Virus record (IMG/VR): IMGVR_UViG_3300037519_000043
Span: 1-34,963 of that record
Strand: one strand, 5' to 3'
From: a virus
Taxonomy: Duplodnaviria; Caudoviricetes
Length of the DNA: 34,963 nucleotides
Shown: positions 14,345 to 22,757 of the stretch, in pieces
Layout of the letters: every line of letters begins with the position of its first letter
Numbering within the stretch: position 1 is the stretch's first letter
Program-made: the position numbers and the translations under genes
The notes under the pieces: generated by a model
What the model saw: only the letters and a program-made list of their open reading frames with translations
Database searches by the model: none
What the model was told of the DNA's origin: nothing

Positions 14345-16078
14345 TTATTTAGGTAAAAATCCCTTGTTAGGCATATCAATCGGGCGTGTGTAAACTTTTT
14401 TGTCGTTCACGGGTACAATCTCACCTAGTTTGCGAGCTATGGAAGGTCTAAACTCCTTCATGTATTTTTGTGCAATTGGTGAATTAACGTCTGATTTTCT
14501 TAAGTAAGTTTCGCGAACCCATTTATGATGGCAAGCTCCACCGCCTTTGTACAACCATATATCGTATGTAGTCGCTCCACGTGGCCCTAAACCACCAACC
14601 GTACCATCTGAACGTGTACGTGTTTGGTTTACAATCTCACTACTCATTCTAACAATGTCTTCTTTACGATAAACCTTATTCGCTTGAATCATTTTCTTAC
14701 AAAATAAACGTGACTTTTCAGTTATTTCGCCAACGTATCTGTATCTATGTTTAAATAGTTTACCGTCTTGAATTGATGTTGCGTTTGGTCTTGCCGTACC
14801 TGTTTTTACAAAATTTAAAACCTTAGTCAGATTTGTAGGTTCGTTTAGTTTTTCAAGCTCTGCATCCAACTCATCCTCTAAATCATAATCAACCTCTCTA
14901 CTGTCAACTAATACCCATTCATCTAAATCAATGTCTTCACCATACTTCGCAACGTCTAATTCGTCTTGTGCGCTCATCTTAACCTCTTGTACAGGTTGTG
15001 GCTCGTCCCCTTGTAAAGGGTTTAAAGTTTTAAATTTAAGATTTAAAGAAACACCATTAAATGATAACACTTTTTTAATCATTTCAGTAATCATTTGTTG
15101 CTTTGGCTTTATAACCATGTTTTCAAATAACAACGCTCCTGTTTTCATCTCATCTGCATTTGAACTAAACCCTGTCGCAACCGATACACCAAATAATAAA
15201 GGAGTAGTAACGTTATGTGAACGTAATATTTTAAACGTAGATTCTTCACTCAAATATTGGTAATGGTCTGCAGCATTATTTAAAGGTATTGAATCTATTG
15301 TTGTTTTGGTAGCTTCATTTTCATTAAAGGATATTACTACTTTTTTACCTTTTGAACCTGTAAGCTTACTAATTACTTGAGCTGAAATTTCATCCTTCAT
15401 CTCGTCAGTTGGGGTGCCGTTGTTAAAGTTTATTATACTTGTTGGTGAAAAAGAGTTACTAACCTCATTTATAAGGTATTCAGCCATTTTTTCTTCTAAC
15501 AATGCGTAATCAATACCACCTTGATAATCTACATTTGAAAAGTATTTCATCCCAGCAGTGTAAGGAGCTAAATATAAAATCTCTACTTCTTTTTTAGACG
15601 TTCCAAACGCATCGAATCTTTTAGGTACGTACTTCTTTGGGTCGCTCCAATTGTCAGAATAGAAATACCCTACAATATCCCCATCCTTATTGCATTTCTC
15701 AGGTCTTAATAATTGAATAGGGGTATGAAAAGCCCTTGTAATCGCTTTATGTCCTTTATCGTAGTGAATCTGTAATGCACACTGCCCAAGTGCGTACAAA
15801 TCAAAGATTATACGTCTTAAATCATCCTCTTTAAGAATAGATAATAGTTGCGCCCATTCGTTTGGCTTCATCGCGCTATCCGTAGCTGTTAAGCCTTGAC
15901 CGTAAATTAGTCTACAAATGTTATTAATTACAGCGTTATTCGTTGCTGAATTACTATATCTGTCGATTAAGAATTGATAGTAGTTATTATCTTCACCATA
16001 TTCTACCCATTCGTTGCGATTATTTTCGACAATTACAGGAGCAGTATATGAAGATAGTTGTATAATGTTATTATTCAT
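14345..16078 (-). CDS. Portal protein with a C-terminal head-morphogenesis-like extension
   Basis: WV.YG.DN.Y...L...Y..S.T..A; H.VT.P.LFG; SNADE; C-terminal SR.FC..M / YKGG..C.H.W. Confidence 0.8.
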   Translation of the reverse strand: MNNNIIQLSSYTAPVIVENNRNEWVEYGEDNNYYQFLIDRYSNSATNNAVINNICRLIYGQGLTATDSAMKPNEWAQLLSILKEDDLRRIIFDLYALGQCALQIHYDKGHKAITRAFHTPIQLLRPEKCNKDGDIVGYFYSDNWSDPKKYVPKRFDAFGTSKKEVEILYLAPYTAGMKYFSNVDYQGGIDYALLEEKMAEYLINEVSNSFSPTSIINFNNGTPTDEMKDEISAQVISKLTGSKGKKVVISFNENEATKTTIDSIPLNNAADHYQYLSEESTFKILRSHNVTTPLLFGVSVATGFSSNADEMKTGALLFENMVIKPKQQMITEMIKKVLSFNGVSLNLKFKTLNPLQGDEPQPVQEVKMSAQDELDVAKYGEDIDLDEWVLVDSREVDYDLEDELDAELEKLNEPTNLTKVLNFVKTGTARPNATSIQDGKLFKHRYRYVGEITEKSRLFCKKMIQANKVYRKEDIVRMSSEIVNQTRTRSDGTVGGLGPRGATTYDIWLYKGGGACHHKWVRETYLRKSDVNSPIAQKYMKEFRPSIARKLGEIVPVNDKKVYTRPIDMPNKGFLPK

Positions 16079-16388
16079 AGATTATAAATTCGTTGGTTGT
16101 TACCGTTTGAGTAAAATTTGAGCTTGGGTTATTCGTACAAAATATACGCCCGTAAAATCTAATGTCGTTTGTTTTACCTATCTTACAAACATACGTATGA
16201 CCTTCTTTTAATCCAAAGGTAGCAGTCGCTGTATGGTAATAGTCACCTGTTGTGTAGGTAGTGATATTAATCGTTGTAGTGACGTTTGTCTGTTCGTCTG
16301 TTAAGAATATCTTATCGGAGTTTCCCGAGCCTTCACGTGGCACGAAGTAAACTATTTGGGGCGATGTGGATGTCGTTAATACTATCAT
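16071..16388 (-). CDS. Virion-associated hypothetical protein
   Basis: Directly after a late-promoter motif and before the portal. Confidence 0.7.
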   Translation of the reverse strand: MIVLTTSTSPQIVYFVPREGSGNSDKIFLTDEQTNVTTTINITTYTTGDYYHTATATFGLKEGHTYVCKIGKTNDIRFYGRIFCTNNPSSNFTQTVTTNEFIIYE

Positions 16389-16396
16389 GTAATAGT

Positions 16397-16422
16397 ATAA
16401 CTAAAAAAGAGTGTTTTTGTTG
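16397..16422 (-). promoter_or_regulatory. Late promoter motif CAACA-N16-GTTAT (copy 1)
   Basis: 8 nt upstream of ATG 16388. Confidence 0.8.
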
Positions 16423-16423
16423 C

Positions 16424-16454
16424 AAAAAAAAAGAGGGGTGTTTTAAGCCCCTCC
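16424..16454 (-). terminator. Terminator after the tail tube genes
   Basis: GAGGGG/CCCCTC stem plus long T-run. Confidence 0.85.
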
Positions 16455-16459
16455 GTGTA

Positions 16460-17047
16460 TTAACTTGTTACAATTGTCGATGCTGCTGACAAAGGTATAG
16501 TCGAAGCCTGTCCAACTCTAAATGAATTAGTGCCATTTATTACAAATGGTGAAGGTAGTAGCTCTTCAGCTTGGAAGGTCAAGGAATATCCATTAAAACC
16601 ACCTAAATCCCCACCATTGTTTATGCTTCCTGCTGTTAAATCACAACCTCTGTACATACCAACTAAGAAAAATTGCCCTTCGTTGTTTTCAACTAAAATT
16701 CTTGGCTTTGCATACGCTAAAGTCTTAACTTCTTTGTGCGTTGCAATGTCCTGTTTTTTTAGTTTTATAGTCAATGTTTGACGGAAGAATGTAGTACCAT
16801 TTTCACGTGAACTTACTATCTCTTGGTCGTAAACATTCTCGTTAGATTTTAGCTCATATTTGTAAATTGAATTAACAAAATTTACATAATAAACTTCATC
16901 AGTATTTACAAAAGGGGGTGTACCTGAAGGGTCGTAAAATACAATATTTCCTGATTGTAAATCTTGATTTATAAAGTAAACGTTTCGTAGCCCTGCAAGG
17001 CTATCCTTACAAGGCTCTGAACGTCCAAGTGTTATTAAACAAGGCAT
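16460..17047 (-). CDS. Major tail tube-like protein, paralog 2
   Basis: C...GR...CK...GL..VYF; SRENGT.FF.Q.L; NGY.LTF. Confidence 0.7.
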   Translation of the reverse strand: MPCLITLGRSEPCKDSLAGLRNVYFINQDLQSGNIVFYDPSGTPPFVNTDEVYYVNFVNSIYKYELKSNENVYDQEIVSSRENGTTFFRQTLTIKLKKQDIATHKEVKTLAYAKPRILVENNEGQFFLVGMYRGCDLTAGSINNGGDLGGFNGYSLTFQAEELLPSPFVINGTNSFRVGQASTIPLSAASTIVTS

Positions 17048-17049
17048 GA

Positions 17050-17592
17050 CTAAGCAGTTGTTACTGTTGCACCTGTGAAACAGTCAGAAACGATAGTTGT
17101 TGAACTTGTTATGTCCGTGAATGGTGCAGGTAAAGCCTCCTCCGCAACAAAAGTTAAAGAGTAACCATTAAAATCACCAAGCGCCCCACCATTATTAATA
17201 CTTCCTGCCGTTAAATCAGCACCTCTAAATAAGCCCATAACAAAGAATTGACCGTTATTATTTTCTACTAAAACGTGAGGTCTTGAGTAAGCCAACAATT
17301 TGATTTCTTTGTGCGTTGTAGCATCTTGTTTTTTCAATTTAATTGTTAACGTTTGACGAAAGAATGTTGTCCCAGCTTCACGGCTTGATACAATTTCTTG
17401 ATCAAATACGTTTTCGTTAGATTTTAACTCATATTTATACAAGTTATCAACGTTAATTACTGCCGTTATTAAGTCATTTGAGAAAGTAACATCACCAGGT
17501 ACTATTTGATAGTTAATGAAGTACACTGCTTTCAGTCCTCCGATTGCTTCTTTGCACGCCTCCGCGCGTCCTATTGATAAATTACAAGCCAT
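17050..17592 (-). CDS. Major tail tube-like protein, paralog 1
   Basis: Same motifs; follows the capsid gene. Confidence 0.7.
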   Translation of the reverse strand: MACNLSIGRAEACKEAIGGLKAVYFINYQIVPGDVTFSNDLITAVINVDNLYKYELKSNENVFDQEIVSSREAGTTFFRQTLTIKLKKQDATTHKEIKLLAYSRPHVLVENNNGQFFVMGLFRGADLTAGSINNGGALGDFNGYSLTFVAEEALPAPFTDITSSTTIVSDCFTGATVTTA

Positions 17593-17605
17593 AAAAATAA
17601 AGTTT

Positions 17606-17640
17606 AAAAAAAAAGGAGGGAAGTTAAACCCCCTCCCTTT
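17606..17640 (-). terminator. Terminator after the major capsid gene
   Basis: GGAGGG/CCCTCC stem plus T-run. Confidence 0.8.
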
Positions 17641-17661
17641 AATTGGTTATTAATTAGTTAA

Positions 17662-18621
17662 TTAGTTAGCTGAGTTAGGAATGTTATAAGTTACGATGTC
17701 AGACACTGAATGGTAATTAACTGCCATACCAGCTCTCAATACAAAACGTACATTTTGTGAACCGTCCAATGGACTCATGTCTAAAAGCGCGATTTCATTT
17801 GTATCATTTAATAAACCGCAACCGAAGAACAAGTTTGAAGTCTCAGCAGCAATAGCAGTGTTTGCAGCCAATCCGTTAGCAACGAAAATCGGAATACCAT
17901 CGAAAGTTAAAGCACCACCATTATACCATTGTGTTCCTTTAGCATCTGTACCAGAGTTAGAAGTAGCAGCAACTGAGAAACCACCCAACGCTCTAATGTA
18001 AGCCTTCATAACACCTTGAGGAACATAGATTTTTAAATCAGGTGAACCGTACAATGCATTAGGAATTGCATCTACAATTTTACCTAATTCAGCGATTACC
18101 GTAGCAGAAGCAGAAATAGCAGAAGAACCTGCAACCTCGTTCGCAGTTGGTAAAGCAGCGTCAGCAGCTAACAAAGTAGAAATACCATCAATTTGACCCG
18201 CTGTTGCGTTTGTACCTCTCCAAATAGACACCTCTACAGATGAAGCAACCTTATCAGTGATGTAAGCTAACAAGTAGTCAACAAATGATTTTGCCAAAAC
18301 TTTGTTTGCACTGAAGCCCATTTCTTCAGCTTGAAAAGTAGCCAAAAAGTCTTTTTTACACAATTGTAAATTTACTTGAAATTGCTCTAAAGTCAAACTT
18401 CTTTCAGAAAGTGTTACAGTAGATGTAGCATCAAAATCACACGTAGCGTTCTTTAAAATGTCGTCCGTTCCAATTTTGAACATTGTTGTTTTGTATGCAA
18501 TGTTAGGAATGATAGTCATCCCCCCATTTGCCAAAGTGTTACCGCTTAATAAAGCAGCTTTTACCCATAGCTTAGAATCTTGCCCAGCATATGAAGTTGA
18601 AATGTTAATTGTTGTAGCCAT
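17662..18621 (-). CDS. Major capsid protein
   Basis: SYAG; A.CDF; L.ER.L....FQVN.QLCKKDF; LLDM...DGS.NVR; follows the scaffold gene. Confidence 0.85.
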   Translation of the reverse strand: MATTINISTSYAGQDSKLWVKAALLSGNTLANGGMTIIPNIAYKTTMFKIGTDDILKNATCDFDATSTVTLSERSLTLEQFQVNLQLCKKDFLATFQAEEMGFSANKVLAKSFVDYLLAYITDKVASSVEVSIWRGTNATAGQIDGISTLLAADAALPTANEVAGSSAISASATVIAELGKIVDAIPNALYGSPDLKIYVPQGVMKAYIRALGGFSVAATSNSGTDAKGTQWYNGGALTFDGIPIFVANGLAANTAIAAETSNLFFGCGLLNDTNEIALLDMSPLDGSQNVRFVLRAGMAVNYHSVSDIVTYNIPNSAN

Positions 18622-18632
18622 TTTTTATTTGT

Positions 18633-19190
18633 TTATTTGTTATTGTATACTTCCTCTAAAATCTTATCTCTTGTTGATTTACCTGTGTTTATCGCTAAAT
18701 CCATATGCTCAATTGGTTTTGCGTTTTCAGGGTTGTACTGAATTGGTTTAGGCTCTTCAGTCAACTCGATTACTTCTGGAGTCATTGCAGCTAACTTAGT
18801 TTCAAGCTCAGCAATTTTTGATTCCATTTCGGCGAAGTGTTGCTCAGTGATGCTTACAACTTTTTTAGGTTGTTTTACTTCAACTTCTGGAGTAACATCA
18901 GCTTCAACAGGCATCTCTTCTTCTTCTGATTCAGCAGGCATCTCTTCAATTGAAGCAATTAATCCTTTTTCTTCAACGATAAGTAAACGACCATCTTCAA
19001 GCTCGTATTTACCAACCTCTAAAGGTACAGGTTCACCTTCAGGAACTACAATCATAACACTAGCACCAACTTCAAATGAATCCGCTTCGATTAATGTGTT
19101 GCCATCTACTAACTTCATTTGCTCTAACTTCACTTCCATTCCTAAGAAGGTCTTGATAGTTTTCAACGCGTCTTTTATTTCTTTAGTCAT
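18633..19190 (-). CDS. Scaffolding protein
   Basis: Acidic; P..G.YELEDG..L.V.E.G.I; upstream of the capsid gene. Confidence 0.7.
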   Translation of the reverse strand: MTKEIKDALKTIKTFLGMEVKLEQMKLVDGNTLIEADSFEVGASVMIVVPEGEPVPLEVGKYELEDGRLLIVEEKGLIASIEEMPAESEEEEMPVEADVTPEVEVKQPKKVVSITEQHFAEMESKIAELETKLAAMTPEVIELTEEPKPIQYNPENAKPIEHMDLAINTGKSTRDKILEEVYNNK

Positions 19191-19204
19191 AGCTTTTTTC
19201 TTTA

Positions 19205-19230
19205 ATAACTTTATTAACCTCTTTCTGTTG
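19205..19230 (-). promoter_or_regulatory. Late promoter motif CAACA-N16-GTTAT (copy 2)
   Basis: 14 nt upstream of the scaffold ATG. Confidence 0.8.
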
Positions 19231-19375
19231 TAATTTGCCTTACTTCAATAGTATGGTTTACATTACTAATTGTTTGTTGGTTAGTGTTTCCAACCCCTTG
19301 AGAGTTACCATCGCAACACTCTTTACTGTACGTGCCGTCTTTACATTGGCAACCTTTTTTACCTCCTTTTCTCAT
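19214..19375 (-). CDS. Cys-rich small protein (53 aa, GGKKGCQCKDGTYSKECCDG), not in ORF track
   Basis: Manual translation; ATGA-coupled. Confidence 0.75.
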   Translation of the reverse strand: MRKGGKKGCQCKDGTYSKECCDGNSQGVGNTNQQTISNVNHTIEVRQITTERG

Positions 19376-19986
19376 AACATTAATATATTACCTATTTCGT
19401 TTGTAAACTCTTTAAACTCCTTAAAATCAATCTCTGTACACTTATTTTCTTTCACGTAGTCAATCCCTATGTAAGCCACAAAATTTCCTTTCTTAAAATA
19501 TGGTGCTATGCATATAGAGTGTATACCTTGTCTTAATAACGATGCTTTTGTTGTTTGCTCTTTAATGTTGTTTATTTGGCAATAGTTCATTCTTTCTAAC
19601 ATTATTTGTTGTAAGAACATCGGGTACAAGCTAACAGGAATGTTTTGTAAATTGTGCGCTTCCGAACTAATACCATTGTTGCAAACTTCAAATGTCATTG
19701 ATTGGTGGTTACGGTGTGTTCCATCGTAGTACTTAATAGTATTGTGAAATTGAAATATATAAGCCCTATCAGCATTATATTTTAGCATCAATTCATTTAA
19801 CATCTGTTGAATTAAAACATTGTTGTTAATGTCTCTTTTGACTTCGTCAACAGTTTCAATTTTTTTAACTACTACTTGAGTGACCAATGACTTGTAATAA
19901 AAAAGAATGAAAGCAAGCAGAATTATAATTAGCACTATTGTTTTTGTCTTCCTGATTTGCTCTAAAATGTACTTGACTTCATTCAT
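19372..19986 (-). CDS. Single-TM protein with a GAF-like domain (possibly T4 T-holin-like)
   Basis: N-terminal TM; ADRAYIFQFHN; APYFK.G.F..YIGIDY. Confidence 0.55.
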   Translation of the reverse strand: MNEVKYILEQIRKTKTIVLIIILLAFILFYYKSLVTQVVVKKIETVDEVKRDINNNVLIQQMLNELMLKYNADRAYIFQFHNTIKYYDGTHRNHQSMTFEVCNNGISSEAHNLQNIPVSLYPMFLQQIMLERMNYCQINNIKEQTTKASLLRQGIHSICIAPYFKKGNFVAYIGIDYVKENKCTEIDFKEFKEFTNEIGNILML

Positions 19987-19992
19987 AATTAT

Positions 19993-20018
19993 ATAACCTT
20001 TCTTTAAGGTCTTTGTTG
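19993..20018 (-). promoter_or_regulatory. Late promoter motif CAACA-N16-GTTAT (copy 3)
   Basis: 6 nt upstream of ATG 19986. Confidence 0.8.
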
Positions 20019-20022
20019 TAAA

Positions 20023-20172
20023 TTAGATGTAATCATTTATGATAGTTTCTTGAGCTGTTATTTCGGTTGTTACATCAGCATTTAAAACCTCATTTCCTAC
20101 TCTGATTATATTTGAGTAGCTACTTTCTACATAGGTGTAAGCTCCCCTTACTTCTTGGTATACCTCTATCAT
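20023..20172 (-). CDS. Small protein (49 aa, MIEVYQEVRG...) after the fiber gene, not in ORF track
   Basis: ATGA-coupled. Confidence 0.6.
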   Translation of the reverse strand: MIEVYQEVRGAYTYVESSYSNIIRVGNEVLNADVTTEITAQETIINDYI

Positions 20173-21197
20173 GCCAAACAGTTTAATGTTAATTGTGAAA
20201 TATCAAAACTACACGCGTTTGATGTTGCTCCCGAAGTTCTAACCGCTTGCATAGTTATCGGTGTAGTGTCGTTTGGTAAATTCGTAGTGATTGACCCCTC
20301 AACTGTTACATTATTTTCTAAAGACGTAACTTTATAAAATACGGTCATTGAATTAAATGGGTTGTACAATTCAAAAACAAAAAAATCAGTTGCTGCACTT
20401 CCCGTTCTGTTTGCAGGAAAATTAGCCCCTAAATCTATTTTTGTAGCTGTTCCTGTTGCATCGTTATGAAATATCTGTAAATTAGTATCCAAAGCATCCG
20501 ATCCAATACCAACTATGTTAGTCAAACTTTCAACGTGAACAGTAGACGATATTCCCAACAAAGTTGTTACCGAAGTCATTCCGTAAAATTGTCTTGCTCC
20601 TGTATTTAAGGCTGTATCTGATACACCAAACGCAACGCAAAACCTCCAGCCCATGTCTATAATATTAAACGCACTTGTTGACCTGTAACCACAAATACCG
20701 TTAGCTGCAGGAGTTGAAACACCTATTTTTAAGCGTGTTTTTTTAGTTTGTATGGAAGTTGTTGATACCGCCACCGCTGTTGCTGTACCTTGTAGTGTTC
20801 CTGTTGCAATATTTTCAGCTAATACGGTTGTTGAGTTGTGTTGCGCCCTGTAGCCCCTTGCAATTTCTGAACTTGCTACATTCCAATAGCCAGTGCTTAC
20901 AAGTTTAGCGTCAATTTGATTTTCGACCGCTTGAGTCGTTGGGTACTTAGTGTTATTTATTACACTAAAATTTGTAGCTTTATTTGCTAATACTTCAAAG
21001 TCTGCTACGTTATAAATAATTTCCGAAATCCCACTTAATGTACGCGTGTATATCTTTCCATTTGCAGTGTTCATGTAGAATTCACCAATGTATAAATCAG
21101 TGTACAACCATGTACCATCTCTATGGTCTGATGTTGCAGGAATAGTCGCAATGCCTGACCCTTTTTTAATTATAATTCTCTTTGTTATATCGCTCAT
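20169..21197 (-). CDS. Tail fiber/spike protein
   Basis: N-terminal RIIIKKG...GE...NT..GKIY anchor-like segment; T/S/G-rich. Confidence 0.6.
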   Translation of the reverse strand: MSDITKRIIIKKGSGIATIPATSDHRDGTWLYTDLYIGEFYMNTANGKIYTRTLSGISEIIYNVADFEVLANKATNFSVINNTKYPTTQAVENQIDAKLVSTGYWNVASSEIARGYRAQHNSTTVLAENIATGTLQGTATAVAVSTTSIQTKKTRLKIGVSTPAANGICGYRSTSAFNIIDMGWRFCVAFGVSDTALNTGARQFYGMTSVTTLLGISSTVHVESLTNIVGIGSDALDTNLQIFHNDATGTATKIDLGANFPANRTGSAATDFFVFELYNPFNSMTVFYKVTSLENNVTVEGSITTNLPNDTTPITMQAVRTSGATSNACSFDISQLTLNCLA

Positions 21198-21439
21198 AAA
21201 TTGTATATATCTGAATTAATACTCGCGCCAACGCCACCTGTTAAACTGTAAACATCTTCATCTGCACTAGTGCCACCAAATAGAACACCGTTATCCTCAT
21301 CACTTAAATTTGTAATGAGTATTTTTTTTGGTATGCCACTATTGAATGGTTGTATAAATAAAGAGTCACTATCCAATGCGGTAGTGACTTCTTTAAATCT
21401 TATAAATGAAGGTGTTAAATTGCCGTTAAACTCAGTCAT
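21194..21439 (-). CDS. Small virion-associated protein
   Basis: Between fiber genes, coupled. Confidence 0.6.
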   Translation of the reverse strand: MTEFNGNLTPSFIRFKEVTTALDSDSLFIQPFNSGIPKKILITNLSDEDNGVLFGGTSADEDVYSLTGGVGASINSDIYNL

Positions 21440-21440
21440 T

Positions 21441-22157
21441 TTATAATGCTAAATTACCAAACACATACGCTTCAGTTGCTGAAATAAACAGAATTGTAGC
21501 ACTTGAATATTGACTATTGATTTTAAGTTTTCCACCGTCACTTCTTAACGTTACACCTGCTCCAGCAATTGTAGTTTGACCTGCTCCATATTGTGTAACC
21601 AAAACTTGTTGACCTATTGTAAAAACTCCTGAAGGAACGGTTAAAGTGTTAGCAGTTGCTTTGTTCATTTCAACAACTTGTCCGTTATCAGCAGCTACTA
21701 AAGTGTAAGAATCAGTTTTACGTGCTAATGTTAAATCAATTACTTTTTGTTGTGTGTACGTTGCCCAACTTGTACCATTCCATCTGTAAGTAGTGTTGTT
21801 TTTAACTCCAGTCACCAATGTACCAACCGTTGCCGCTGAGTTTTGCAATACATAAGTCCAAAATGTACCATCCCATTCAATTACACCAGCATACGTACCA
21901 CTTGCAAATAAATAACGGTCTCCAATCGTTGGTGAAACTGGCACCTCTGTTATTCTATCTAACACGGTAATTCCGTAATCAACACCAACCCCTAATTCTT
22001 TAATAGAACCGTCAACATGGTATTTTAACTTACCATCAATGTAATGGATAGTTCCGTTTTCTTTTACTATTCCGCTTTCGGATGCAAGCACGTCAGGCTG
22101 CACCTTCCATGTTGCATTGTTAATTACTTGCGTGTTGTCAATTATTGTTACTCCCAT
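21441..22157 (-). CDS. Tail fiber-like protein (DUF2793-like plus C-terminal fiber domain)
   Basis: P.SP..GDRY; WDG..W; Y.WNG..W; YTLV..D.G; Q.GAGQ.TI. Confidence 0.6.
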   Translation of the reverse strand: MGVTIIDNTQVINNATWKVQPDVLASESGIVKENGTIHYIDGKLKYHVDGSIKELGVGVDYGITVLDRITEVPVSPTIGDRYLFASGTYAGVIEWDGTFWTYVLQNSAATVGTLVTGVKNNTTYRWNGTSWATYTQQKVIDLTLARKTDSYTLVAADNGQVVEMNKATANTLTVPSGVFTIGQQVLVTQYGAGQTTIAGAGVTLRSDGGKLKINSQYSSATILFISATEAYVFGNLAL

Positions 22158-22158
22158 T

Positions 22159-22725
22159 TTATATTGATTTTAAAAGTTCCTTGATTTCGTTTATTATATC
22201 CTCATGACTTTCTGCTTCAAGTTGGTCTAACCCATCAAATTTTCCTTCAATACTAAAGCCCTTGAATTTACCGTCTTTAATTTGTTGCCACACCTCTTCA
22301 TTGTAAACTTTCATCTTAACAACCCATGAGCCCTTAACAGCATCTAGTTTGTAAAGGTTAGATTTATCGTGTTTCTCATCTTCAACTATCCAACTTTCGA
22401 TTAAGCTAACACCATCAACATTGTGGTCGTGGTCAACTGTTACGTTGTTATTGTAATTCTTTTTAAGATAAAGTTCTTGCACCTTAGCGATTGTTTCCTC
22501 ACTAAATGAAATAGTAAACTCCTTATCTTTGATACGTCTTAAAATCTGTTTGTTAGGCACCAAAGCAAGCCCCACAACCTCGCGTTTTTCATCGTTGGTA
22601 ACTTGCAACTCAACATCCAATGCGCTTAAAAAAATAAACGTCTCTTCAATGGCAGGTCTGTCTACAAGTGAAATTGCGAAAACCCCTTGTTCATCATCTT
22701 TAATTGTTAGCTCTATGTTCTGCAT
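22159..22725 (-). CDS. XkdF-like prohead serine protease
   Basis: AISLV..PAIE..F; ESWIVE; G.W....KV...VW..IK.G..KGFSIEG.F. Confidence 0.8.
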   Translation of the reverse strand: MQNIELTIKDDEQGVFAISLVDRPAIEETFIFLSALDVELQVTNDEKREVVGLALVPNKQILRRIKDKEFTISFSEETIAKVQELYLKKNYNNNVTVDHDHNVDGVSLIESWIVEDEKHDKSNLYKLDAVKGSWVVKMKVYNEEVWQQIKDGKFKGFSIEGKFDGLDQLEAESHEDIINEIKELLKSI

Positions 22726-22731
22726 ATCTTT

Positions 22732-22757
22732 ATAACTTAATTTTAATTAAAATGTTG
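22732..22757 (-). promoter_or_regulatory. Late promoter motif CAACA-N16-GTTAT (copy 4)
   Basis: 6 nt upstream of the protease ATG. Confidence 0.8.

Noticed and set aside
12983-22157. Diversity-generating retroelement targeting the fiber genes
   Set aside because: No reverse transcriptase and no adenine-variable repeat pair noticed
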